This document shows, one piece after another, positions 51,284-63,472 of a stretch of 64,000 nucleotides of DNA (position 1 is its first letter; each line of letters begins with the position of its first letter). The translations under genes and the position numbers were made by a program. The stretch is taken from NCBI GenBank assembly GCA_010093815.1, contig ML996573.1; one strand, written 5' to 3'. Under the pieces are notes generated by a model that was not told where the DNA came from, searched no databases, and was given only the letters and a program-made list of their open reading frames with translations. Source of the stretch: Pseudovirgaria hyperparasitica. Taxonomy: Eukaryota.

Positions 51284-51757
51284 TCACTCTCTCTTTGCCT
51301 TCTTCAATCCGATCCCAAGCGCAATGCAGACCCTAGAGAGAACAAATGGCAGAGTCATGAGTGTTACAGTCCAATCGTCCACCGTCCAATTCTGGACCTT
51401 GACAAACTCTCCCCAGCCTCCAACTGCCTGTGCCACGGAGTGGCAGTATGCGACATCAGACAACAACATCCCATAGATAATCCACTGCCAGACGTTCAAG
51501 TCGTCAATGGCCCGCAAGACCACGGCCTCGGTGAAGGCGAAGAACATCCATCCTCCAACCAATTGAGTTCCGATAAAGTTCGCATTTGGAGCAAGTGTAA
51601 CGGCTCCACGCGTCATGCTGTGGAGGTAGAAATTGAGCTGTGTGAGACCCACGTAGGACCCCCCGATGGTGAATATTGGCTCAATGGTCTGGATCAGAAG
51701 GCGGTAGAGGAATGGGATTGTCTGCACAGCAGATGCGGATGGCTTTAATGACGGCAT
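51284..51757 (-). CDS. Small 4-TM fungal membrane protein of unknown function
   Basis: ATG at 51757; IPFLYRLLIQTIEPIF, FTEAVVLR, GMLLSDVAY, VLSRVCIALGIG; four hydrophobic segments. Confidence 0.75.
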   Translation of the reverse strand: MPSLKPSASAVQTIPFLYRLLIQTIEPIFTIGGSYVGLTQLNFYLHSMTRGAVTLAPNANFIGTQLVGGWMFFAFTEAVVLRAIDDLNVWQWIIYGMLLSDVAYCHSVAQAVGGWGEFVKVQNWTVDDWTVTLMTLPFVLSRVCIALGIGLKKAKRE

Positions 51758-52923
51758 GGCTCTAATCAATGAGAGTCTCGCTGAAAGGTATGCCCTGAAG
51801 ATAGGTAGGGGGTTGATGGTGTCAACTGTAATGTACCTCCATCAGGAGATCATAAAGAGTAGACGAGTGCGCTATACCGAATCTGACTTCAGACCCCCAC
51901 CTAGCAAACTATCTGACTAAATCCAGAACAATAAATAGCCCTGGAGCTCTACGGGCGATTAAAAATCATAAATTCTATGAAAAATTATATCACGAGACGC
52001 TGCCGGTGTGCTTTCTCGACCTAGCAAGCTTCTGTCATCTTTCTTTGAGCAACCCTTACAAACTCACTGTAGAGGTGTGCTGCCTTCAATAGTGGATGGC
52101 GGGAGTGGGTGGGCGGAAGTGGGAGGTATGTGATCATCATTGAAGGGGACGAGAAGATTTGATGAAACGTAAGGTGTGCGAGCGTACTACTCGCACACGC
52201 TACTGTTCAGTTGTAGTATTGTTTATTAGGTTCACCTAGAGGCGTATCGCGGTACAATCCAAATGCGACTACATCTGCCGCCTCTTCTATCCAAACTAGT
52301 CAAGATGGCGCTAGTCTTACAGCCAATACATGTACTCTTTATGGGAGTATATAGCGTAATGTAGATCAAACATAAAGGACTTGTGGAAAGGTCCAAAAGT
52401 GGCTGATGGCCCGCATGCTCTGTGCGTTGTTGTGCACCCCCAAAACGCCCCGCCGTGTCGTACTTCATTACGTCGTAAACAAAGTTGGGTATCGTAGAAT
52501 CGGTGAAAAATCAAGGCAGAGTAAAGTTGGATAACGGAATTTTTTAGGTCGAGGAATATGAGTATCGTCATTATCTTGGGGTCATAATGAATGAAGGACA
52601 GGAGGTATGATGGGCAGTGAGTGAGGTCGAGAAGTCGAAGAGCCATTGAGAGGCACGATGTTGCACTGAGCCGAATGGAGTAGCCCTCAAGGTAGTGTGA
52701 TGTTCGAGATCGACCAGGTCTATTCAGTGAGAATATGACACGTCATTATCGTGACGAAGGGTCGTCGCGGGCCGCTGATCGTTTTGTACGATTTGCGACA
52801 AGCCGACAGGACGTTGGGGCCCGGCTAACGCACGCAACCGTGAGGCTGACCGTGATAGTTGGTTTGATGCGAGTTGGGACCTTTGGTCACCTCTCACAGA
52901 TGCTTCCCTTCTTTCAGTAGCCC

Positions 52924-54709
52924 TCAACCATCTCTTGAAAATGGGGCGCTCCCATTATCCGGGCCATTCTTTAGTTGAAATTGCGCCGATGCGGGAACTG
53001 ACAGGTGGGTGTCTGAAGTCGGCGAGCGAGGGTTGACTGCTGTGATGGAGGAGACACTAGTCACGGGATGGCTGTGCTGAGCAATCTTCGTTTCCGCCTC
53101 CAAGAGGCCTCCAACATCACGCAGGGTAGGTGTGCTGTCTAAGGGCTCAGGACCTGGACTAGTTCCTGTAAATGGTAATGTGCCAGTTTCGTTTATAGCG
53201 TCTGGGATTCGAAAGCCTAGTTCGTAAGTCTGGCTATCGCTTGGATGGCTTCGAGGATTTTGTCGAGGGGTACCATGACCGTTGCCATTCTGATGCGCTA
53301 TGAGTCCTCCAAGATCGTGTAGAAGAACTCTTGAGCCTCTACGTGGCATTGTTGCCCAATCCTGAGCGCTAGTCGTGCTAGTCGGAGAAGGAACTACAGT
53401 GCTCGAGGGGAGAGAAGAGTCCTCCAATAGCCCTCCAACATCGAAAAATGACATACTGCGCTTCTTGGCACGTCTTATATCTGTTGGGCTCGGATTTGGG
53501 TCCGCAGTCATAATTCGCAGATCTGATTCTTCGCTATCGCGAATGCCATCATGGTGACGGAACGTCCAAGCATCTTTGATGAATCCAACTTCGCCTTCGG
53601 GTACAGCTGGCATGCCCATCGGTGCAGGTCTAGGACCATTGCTGCGATTCGCATGAAGCGATGGATCTAGCCTAATACCCATACCCCGTATCAAGTCTTC
53701 GTCGCTGCCCCAGTGATGCGCAGTTAGTGCAGGCCGTACAATCGATGCGGTCCGTTCCATACTGTCCGTCACAGAGCCGAACTTGTATTTCTTGATCTTT
53801 TTCACTCCACGATCTCTGAGAAATGATCCAATGATGACGGCATTTGAAACAGCAGTTGCTGCTAAGATTTCTCCTGAGGCAAAGACGGTGCGATATTGCT
53901 GCCTTCCAAGATGATCGATGACCATGGGTATTCTGGCCGCAGTTATGCCAATAAGAATGACTGACATGCTGAAAAGCATAACAAGGTCAAATTTGCGTTT
54001 TGGCGCCATTGCCGATCTGATAATGATGGGAATTGGAAAGACTATGATGAGGATATCGGTCATCATATCAGTGACACCCATAACAATAAGGTGGGCATAG
54101 CCTTGGCGACATCTTGGGCCTGGATCCGGAACGATTTGCCAATAGTGATCGAAAGGATGGCATTCGGCAAAGGTAGCTATGACAACACAAATGAAGGTAA
54201 CTCCTAGAAAGGCTCTGATACAGCGCAATACGACGTCATAGTTCTTCTTCCAGAATCGTTCTGTAAGTCGTTTAAGGAACTCCGAAACAGTGAACTTTGC
54301 GGTCCAGACACTGCTGGATGTCAGTGCAAGCTCCCCAGATGAATGTTAGTTTGACGTACAACATGGCGTAGAATATCCTGGCAACCAGTACCAACTTCGA
54401 GCCCAGCATCCTGCTATCAATCTCGTGATCGGTAACGGTCCTGCCGGCCGTGTTGACGTTGTTGGTCCCACTGATCAAGACCACATGTATACACGCCATC
54501 CGGATCAAAAGAGGTATTATACTCAATGCCATGACCTTGTCCTCTCGGAACAGACGTTCAATGCGCACATAACGACCACCGAGACGCAGTAAAATGATGA
54601 CGAGAGAAAAGCAGGTGCACCACCAGCTGAACAGGAGTGTCGGATTATTGGTGAGTCGCGAGCGTGGCTCGGGAGGAGCGCCATTGGATATACTTTTCGG
54701 GATGAACAT
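52924..54709 (-). CDS. PTH11-like integral membrane protein with long cytosolic tail
   Basis: NPTLLFSWWCT...RLGGRYVR...EDKVM, VWTAK, AECHPFDHYWQIVPDPGPRCRQG, WGSDEDL. One intron ~54310-54360. Start codon uncertain. Confidence 0.85.
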
Positions 54710-57700
54710 GGTCACGGAGGCACAAGACTGCTCACCACCTCCTCCGGAGAGGGGTGAGCTGGTGAAGGGAGTATTCTATGAGAAACGAACGATGAAGACG
54801 ATTCGCAAGCAGCAGGAGGTATTAATTGTCGGGTATATAACGGTGAAGTGGCGCGGTTAGCTGCAAGCGCAGCTTGGACCATGTCCCGCGTCGAGTTGGG
54901 GAACGTGCTCCTGGGGATGCAAGTCGAGCAGGCGGAACGGCGCGATAGCGTGCAGAGCAGAAGTTTATCGGACAACAACGTGGTGAAGCAGACGAGATGA
55001 AAGGAAGAGATGTAAAGAGGATTCGGACGATGGATGACGAGAGAAAGAGGAGACTGACAGACGACGGGCACGAGACGGCCAAGTGTCGTTGGTGGAGGAA
55101 GTGGGATCTCTCTCCTTGGAGGGCGTGGCCAGTAGGGATTTGGCAACAGAGATACGAACAAAATGCTGTACTGTGTGTGTACGCTGCAACGGACGGCAGT
55201 TATCGGGTGGGCGCCTCGTACACTGGAGACGCCGACGGTGCAGGTGTAGGTGTTTAGGGCCTCTCTCGGGGGCCGTGTGGTGGCGCAACAGGCGGTGCGA
55301 ATAAAGACTACGGTAAACGGCTTCGGTGGTGATGTGTCTGTTGTCTCTGACGATCTGACGGTCTGACGGTCTGACAGCCCCGCACAGTGACGGACGGACG
55401 GTAAATGTATAACGGAGTGAAGTGATGCAGGACGATACTCGTTTGGTGGAGCAACAGTCCCGATTGTCGTCTTGGTGGCAGCAGGCGGAGGAGTAATAGT
55501 AGTAGTATAATCAATAGTATGGTACCAGCAGTACTGTTCTCTTGATACGGTTGCTCGTGTCCAAATCAGTCCCGGAACCCAGTCGAGCATTCAGTTATTC
55601 AGTAATTAGTATCAAAGTAGCAACACGGCAGCAGTCCTCGGCCGTGGTCCTGTCAGCGCCATCAACACATGCGAGACTACGAGGCGAAGCGAAGTCAAGC
55701 GACGGGCATCCATATCTTATATCTTAGTTACCGTAATCACTGTTATCCGATCTAGATGGCGATTGAGTCCTCACTCTCTTTCTCTATCCCTCTCTTGACT
55801 CTCATGACTCCGCTGTGGGATCCCTCTTCCTTTCGCACATCCTTTGTATCCTGTCCCTCCTGGCAGCCTACAACGAACCCAGCGTGTCGGCAAGAAATGC
55901 ATGCAGCAAGATAACAAGCGTGTGGTTGGTCCTTTGAAGGCTTTTCGTGGCTTACAGGAGGGAGGGGGCCATCCTACGCAACCTTGAGCCTGGGCGGTGG
56001 ACCTAGACTCAACAACAACAACTGGGCTGGCGGCGGCGGCTGCATGGACGCACACCAAGTCCAGCGTCCCACAGGGCACCGCCGAAGACGGCACGCAAGA
56101 CACACAAGATACACACGCGACACGAACTGGAAATGCGAACAGAGCTTCATTTGATATCGTGAGTCCTGGATGATGGCTATGATCCACCGTGGCAAGCAAG
56201 GCTATCCGTGCGTACCACTTGTTTCCTGCCGTCCTTCCACTATTTACGTGTAGTGCCGTAAACTGATATTAGGTACAACAGCATGGTAGACATCATCCGC
56301 AAGGGCTATCGTGTTGTTGTTGTATTATGGCTGTGTCAAGCGGTCTGATCCTCATGACCTGCCTGTCACCCTACCATACTGTCAACCTGTCTCGGCTCAT
56401 CAACGTTCGGACCCTTTCGCAACCACCAAGCGATCAAGCAAGTCTCCTGCATGGACGAGACTATGCCTAGCAGCGCATCATCTCCATCCCCTTGGCCAGC
56501 CTCACGGCTTGTCCTAGACTATCCAATCCGTGGAAACCTGATATATTGACCCGCTCCGCCTTATCTCGCCAATGCTTCTGACAACGCTCCCCACGCCTCC
56601 CACGGCGACCTCAAGGCTCAAGCATGCCTGCCCAGTGCTAAATGGTAAGTGGCGCTGACTCGCTTCATAATCTGCACGGCTATGGTCTTTCACCAAGCTC
56701 ATTCCAGTAATTCCTCCTTTTCTCCTTTTGCACGTTCGTGATCGAAATCCATACAAAACACGCTCTGTTGCTTCCATGGGGCCCCCGAATACTCCATGGA
56801 TAACGCCCAGGACTTGAACACCTCGGGCATCTGACGGGAGTCTTGACCATGTGATGTGGCCATCTCAATTTTTTCCTGCATTCTCGATCCATGATATAAA
56901 TGCACATGAAGGTTCAGAAGAGCCGCAAGTGAACTCTGTTGTCACTCTCGGATCTCTCACCGGAGACCGACCAGAGCGGAGATCACTCATACATGGTAAT
57001 ACTGCCTTGGCTGGTCATAGCATAGTCACGTTGCACCGTGGCTCGTGTAAATGGCATCGACTTGAAGACACCAGTATTCCGTAGCCTGATGTAATTCTGA
57101 AAGCTCGATTACACACATCCTTTCGTATGTTAGATGTGGATCTCTCGTTGCCAGTCTGGATCCTTTCTTCTAGCTACGTCATCATGCCGTTCATTCGAGC
57201 GCCCGTGATCCATCCTTAGGTATGGCCCGAGCACGCCACTTATGAACGTGGTAATTTGAATCTCCTTCCTCCTTCGGCTAGACACCGTTTGCGTGATATC
57301 CGGGGCCACTAGCACTTTCATCTTAGTATTACAGGTTATCGTGAGAACAAAATTATGCACTTACAAGCATTCTTCCACGCCTTCTCACTTCAGATCTCGA
57401 ATCATGTTTTATTTATCTCGACGGTCACATCAGACTCAGCTCGCATGTAGGGAATAGCTTCCAGCAATATGCCAATGCGTAGCCTTTCTTTTAAGCCAGC
57501 TTTCGTGATCAATGCACCGATGTAACAGCCTATCAGCATGTTTCATGTATCAAGGCCAACGTGCACTAGCCCATTTCCGGCTGAGGGTACTGTCATATGC
57601 CAGTGTGACTCGAAACGGGACGGTATCGACAATTTGAAGGGAGCTACGTACAGGGAAGGTCCTGTTATGGTGTTACCAATCGACTTGAGTGTGTCGAAGA

Positions 57701-58118
57701 AACGCCCAACGCTGCTTGCTTGACACTTACGGATGCGGATGCAAGATTCGGTCCTTCATGAGTCAATCTGCTCAATCTACCAGATACTCCTGACATTGAT
57801 AGTCCCCATGTCTGGGTTAGATTACGGCTTTTCCTAAATTCCGGCTAAGAAAATGTCTTGTTCAAAACCACTTGAGACTTAGGCTTACGCAGCAAGCCAT
57901 GCTGTATGTTGTTAGGCTCATGCAATCTAGTAATCGCAGCTACCAGGATATGGGAATATACAAACCCTGACGGTTCAAAACATTGCCGTCACCAGCGCAG
58001 TTGTCAGTCAGCGTTCGCCGAGATTAGTCCGCTACAAAGATTAGATTAGATCACTGGTTTGTCGAGGTCCAACATCAGTGGTGAACCACATAGCTCTGCT
58101 ATAGCACGCCGACACATC

Positions 58119-58915
58119 ATGAATCAACACCAAGCCAATGGCAATGTGCCTATGATGAATGGTATGCCCAGTAGTGGCCAGCAAACTGATATGACGCATC
58201 TCTGGACCGTCATCAACACCCTGAGCGATGCCCTAGCAGAGAACAGGGCTCAGAACACCTCGCTCGTGAACGGTATCCACCAGATTCAGGTAGACACGCA
58301 ACAGTTTGGAATATCATGCGATATATGAGACTAACCTGTGCGCGAGGCTCGCATCAACGAAGACGGCGCGTTCCCACCCCCGAACCACGTCAACGGCGAG
58401 ACCACCAGTACGCTCTGCAATATGACACTCCAGAAGGGACACAATCTAATATATACCCAGACTCCCTCGCTGCCCAGAATGCCTCTCTTGAAGCCGAGAA
58501 TCTCGCCCTCCGCCGCACGAACGCCGCCCTCACGGCCGAGCTTGAAACTTCGACCGCGCTGCTCGACGACTATGAATCCTCACTCAAAATCATCCTCGAC
58601 AAATTGCGCCCCTACGCTTTCAATCACCAACAGGCCCTGCTATCGATTCACCGCCACTACAATAGCCTGCTCGAATCCGAGCGGCAGGAGAGACTAGAGC
58701 AGAGCCTGGACCATGCGCGTTGGCAGGCTGGGCTGGGAAAAGTCGCTGAGCTGGCACGCGAAGCCCTCCGGGCCCAAACGGAAGATCGTACACCATATCT
58801 GGGTAAAATTGCGGAACTGAAGTATGAAAATAGGGTGTTGAGGAGGTTGAATGGGTGGGAGGAAGGGAGTGATAGTGAGGGCGAGGAGGAGAAGAGGTCG
58901 CAGCTCGGGCAGTAG
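58119..58915 (+). CDS. Small coiled-coil protein, probably SIKE-like STRIPAK subunit (SCI1/SipB-like)
   Basis: Exons 58119-58289, 58347-58407, 58461-58915 join in frame: DMTHLWTVINTLSDALAENR, LLDDYESSL, HRHYNSLLESER, LKYENRVLRRLNGW. Family assignment is from memory. Confidence 0.6.
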
Positions 58916-59281
58916 GTGTGAGCTTATGATTCAGGATGGGGATGGACTGTGTGGAGTTTTGCATAGCGTTGGCGTTTGGGGATACCAAGGCTACGATCTC
59001 CTACTGGCTTCTTCACTACTTGTGCTTCCCAGCTCCGTTTCTGCGTCCACACAGACAGAGTATTGCTAGGACTGAACAATGCGTGCTAGACTGCATTTAG
59101 ATTGAGTAGGAAGATTTCAGGTAACGAATTCACGTAGACAGCAACGAGAGCTCTTTAGACGGTTTAGTGTAGATCAGGATGGCTCTGCTTCGTCTTCAAG
59201 TGTATTTCCTTTGTTGACAATGGGCGCTTCGGCTTCTGTGTGATACCCAAACTCATCGTCTACATCATCGTTTAGCAGTTC

Positions 59282-60070
59282 TCATAGTGCATCTTTTGCC
59301 CCAGCAGTCTTCTTTGTCCTAGCCTTCCCGAGTTCCCCCGTCGCTGAGCTCCCACTTCCCACAGATTTCGCCTTTGCCTCCGCCTCCGCCTCGTCAATCG
59401 ATTTCAACAGCCACGCAATAGTCGTATCCCTTGCCTTCTCAAGTCTTCTGAGAACACCAATCTCAAAGTTCCCATACTCAAGCAGCTTCGCCGGTGTCGT
59501 CAGCGGCCCCTCCCCCTTCTTCTCAGCCAACAGTCCCCTCAGCACGCCAATACTCGTATCTCTTTTAGGTAGATCTCTTACCAGCCTTGTCTTCTCAATC
59601 TCTTCTAGCCGTTTTTTTTTCTCCACTTCTACCTTTCCCTCCTCCTCCTTCGCCGCTCCCTTCCACGCGTTCACCGCCTCCTTCGCCACGTTCTCGATAT
59701 GCTCGAACCGTACCGGGCCTAGCATAACTCCACCATACCAGCGCGCGACAACTAGTGCGCCTGTTACGTTCATACTCTCTAGTACCCTAGCGACGCGCTT
59801 TCCAGCGTTCTTCTCACCATCATCATCGTAGCGTGTGTCATAATGCGCAGTCGGATCGCCGAAAAGAGATTTTTGGCGTGATGGGAGCCGCCATGCGGCG
59901 ATGCGGTGTGATGCGTCGGTGAATTTGGTGTCAGATTGGAGGACTTTGGCGGTTTTTGTAGGGGAGTAGGCGGCAACAAAGGTAGAAGAACGGTCGTATA
60001 TTGGGCTAGAGCGATAGACAGACGTGTCGTCCGAGGAAGAGGAATCGGGCGCTTTACGTTTGAGAGACAT
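59282..60070 (-). CDS. IMPACT/UPF0029-family protein lacking an RWD domain
   Basis: DRSSTFVA, ASHRIAAWR, DDDGEKNAG, VVARWYGGVMLGPVRFEHI. Confidence 0.88.
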   Translation of the reverse strand: MSLKRKAPDSSSSDDTSVYRSSPIYDRSSTFVAAYSPTKTAKVLQSDTKFTDASHRIAAWRLPSRQKSLFGDPTAHYDTRYDDDGEKNAGKRVARVLESMNVTGALVVARWYGGVMLGPVRFEHIENVAKEAVNAWKGAAKEEEGKVEVEKKKRLEEIEKTRLVRDLPKRDTSIGVLRGLLAEKKGEGPLTTPAKLLEYGNFEIGVLRRLEKARDTTIAWLLKSIDEAEAEAKAKSVGSGSSATGELGKARTKKTAGAKDAL

Positions 60071-60429
60071 GGCTCTGCATTTGGTATTTCAGACGTTGTG
60101 ATCGTCAGGTCATGGATGAGCGATTCGTACTGGGTAGACTCGTGAAATCCTTACATATCCATGCAAGAGTGCGTACTCTGAATCTTTCTTGGGAAGTACG
60201 TTAGACGTTACCAAGTTAAAGCCTAACGTTCATAGTCCACCAGTATCAGCGCATGGACATACATGCGCGATGGCGTCGTCGGACGGTCGCAGGGTCATGG
60301 TTGCCCTGCCAAATATCTTCCCCTAACCGCATACGGAAAAACCCTCATAAAGGCATTTAACGACCCCACGAAATACCTCTTACAATCCTAGCTTCCTACA
60401 GTCGTTACTGGCCCATCCAGCTAGCCAAA

Positions 60430-62463
60430 ATGCCTCGAAAGACTAGAGCTATCTACGGGAAGAAAGCGAACAAGACATTGTGTGCGAAAGTAGCAGATTT
60501 CAACGCTTCGTCGAGCCCAACACGCTTGCCACTAGCGAAGACCGACGATGTCGATGCTGTTACGAGAAGGTTAGAGTCCGTGAAATTAGATGGAGAAGAG
60601 ACGGAACAAAGACCTGAGAGGCGGAGGAAGGCGCTGCGGCCGAGAAATTACAGTGCTAGGGACGTCGAGTCAACAAAAGTCCATGTGAAGAGAGGAATAG
60701 AAGAACAGCAAAAGCATAATGTTGTCTCAGACCATGACATCCATGGCATCCCCCAGAACTCAGAAGAGATCAGATGCAAGAGAGATCCAACAACACAGAG
60801 CTCACCAAGGCGACCCCGAGGACGACGGCGAGCGTCACAAGCTGTTGAAGACAGGAATACTATAGATCAAACAGAACCCGACTCAGAAGTGACATCCGAA
60901 GCAAGTCATTTCGAAGGACCAACTTACCCAATCATCGAGAGCACCCCACCAAGCTCGCCAATTCAGAGGGGTTGGAAGTCACGCTCAAGACGCATAATTG
61001 AGGATAGTCCTGAACCTGTGCAGATCTCGCGGTCACACATATCTCTTATTTCTGTAGTCCAAGATACGGATAGTGAGACTAGCCTCAGCAGCCTTCCGGA
61101 TTCGGATATCGAAACAAGTCATATTGATGTAGAGTACACTCGCCCACTACTCCAATACTGCAGAGACCCTAAAGGCCGAAAAGGCCCTTCCGAATTTACG
61201 GATTGGTCCTCGTCACTTGAAGAGCGTCTTGATATAAGGAAGATTGCAGAAGCGTCTTACGGAGAAGTATATCGCCTGTCTGTCTCAGGCCCATCGTCGC
61301 TAACAAGGTCGGACGAATCGGTTCTAAAACTGATACCACTACAACCATCCTGGCTGAACACTCTTTCAGAGGAGGACCAGATGGACTATGCGTGGATGTC
61401 GACGATAGCGTCAGTCACCTCTGAGGTTCAACTATTACAACGCATGGCTTCCACACCTGGCTTCACAAATTTCAGAGAAATAAGAGTGGTTCAGGGGAGA
61501 CCGAGCAAATTCTTCTGTAGTGCCTGGAAAGCGTTCAACAAAGCGCAGCCTAGACATCAGAAGAGCGAGTTCCCAGATCCTAGCAAGAAGATCAGCTATG
61601 CTGAGGATCAATTATGGGCTGTCATTGAAATGCAGGATGCAGGGACGGATCTGGAGCACATCAAGGTCGATAATATCTGGGCTTTATGGGATATATTCTG
61701 GGGCGTGACCCTGGCCGTCGCCAAAGCCGAAGAATGGGCTAGATTTGAGGCATGTCTGATCTTACCAGTGTACGAAGAATCCGAGACTGACTAACTACAG
61801 CACCGTGACTTACACCTTGGCAACATCTGTATTCGTCCATTCGACATCGCTTCTCCACCCCTGATACCTACGTCGCACCATGGAAAACTCTTCTATACCA
61901 ACCTTGAAACCACGATAATCGACTACACCCTCTCACGCGCCGACCTCGCTCCCTCTACAACTGTTACAACACCAGTTGCATATCTCGACCTCGATGCGGA
62001 CCCTGCTGTCTTTGATGGTGACGGCCAGAAGGACTACCAATACGACATCTACCGCTACATGCGCTCTGTATTTTTCACCAACGATCCGAATTCCGGCTAT
62101 GATCAGCCCAACAAGAAACTTCCTGCGAAATTAAAAAATCGAGGACCGAAGACCTGGGAGGGGTACAACCCGGCGACGAACGCAGTTTGGCTACACTTCG
62201 TACTTCACCAACTCCTTACTCAACTCCCTCCACCTCCACTCACCCAAGAGGATTACGGCAACACCAAGCGTGCTGAGCATATATCTCAGAAGGCTGCACG
62301 TCTAGAGCGACGACTAAGACGCCTCGATAAGACACTGGATTTCCGTCGGACTGATAGGAGTGATAACGAACGCTTCGAGAGCGCTACGCAGATTGTTGAG
62401 TGGGCTATTTTATATGGGTGGCTAGGTGAAGGGGATATACTTGGCGAGCGAAGGATAACGTGA
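60430..62463 (+). CDS. Haspin-family kinase (Alk1/Alk2/Hrk1-like)
   Basis: Disordered N-terminus; KIAEASYGEVY, VLKLIP, FE|HRDLHLGNICI, IIDYTLSR, YQYDIYRYMR, WEGYNPATNAVWL. GC-AG intron 61750-61800. Confidence 0.93.
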
Positions 62464-63472
62464 AAATAAAAAGGCTCAACATCGTTGGTATGGTGTCGGA
62501 TTCTTTCTTGCGACTAGCATAGCGGGCGTTGCGTGGGTTGTTTGTAGGTCCATTAGCGGAGCATTTTATGCGTAGACACGAATAGTATTGTTTCAGGCTA
62601 CAGGTGTGTCATGACGCCCGTCCGACTGCGATTCCAAGTCAAGCTTTTTCTTCAACTCTTGATGCATCTCCTATCTCTCTGCTTGCTTGCTTCCTTCTCA
62701 TATTCGTAGGATGTATAATAGTGTTCATGGCGCTCTTGTGACACGAGTCCTGTACATCCTGGGAAGAGGACAAGATGCGATGATGAAATCTGCAAACGAG
62801 AGAATTTACGGTGGCCCTAGCGTGCGGTCAAGGTACCATCACATAGCGAAGTCAGAATGCAAAGTTATAGACCTCGAGACACAGACGTTGTTGTCCAAGT
62901 CAGGGCAGCAGCGGTTTTTTCTATCTAGCAATCTCGTTTCCCCATTCGAGACCCGAAGAACCTGAACGCGACATTCCAAGGTTACGTACCTTACTTAGGT
63001 GTTTCCGGTCACTTCAGCACGGCTCTTTCCCTCAGGGAGAAGACCTCGACTTATCCCACTTTAACCCCGTTGTCCCAAACCTTCACTTATATTTATACAT
63101 GCCGGCAGTGGGTGTGGGAGTCTAGCACCGGACTAAAGGTAAACCGAAGCTTTCTGACAATTTCAACGTAAGAGCTGTACGCCTCAAAGTACCTGCCTGG
63201 TGCGCTGTGTGACTTACATATAGACTTGCTATGTAAATGATACGTGTAGCAGGGTATTAGTCGTGAAATAGACCACCTTTTCGTGACTATACCTCTTCAA
63301 GCATGAGGAACTTTTGCATAGGCATATCTATACGTAGCTTACGTCATTATAGTCAAGTGCACGGTGAATGAACATGTTGATATCATGCTTGTTGTTTACA
63401 ATCGCTGAACGCTACAATGGGTATCTTTTAAACCGACGCGCCCTGCCCAAAAATTTATGCAAAACCGACCCC

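Noticed and set aside
54712..55590. 292-aa minus-strand ORF upstream of the PTH11-like gene
   Set aside because: Non-ATG start, no recognisable motif, and composition typical of a pyrimidine-rich 5' leader.
56300..58000. Short ORFs and CCATGG palindromes in a long intergenic region (possible transposon relic)
   Set aside because: No terminal repeats, target-site duplication, transposase or RT motifs, or AT-rich RIP signature visible.
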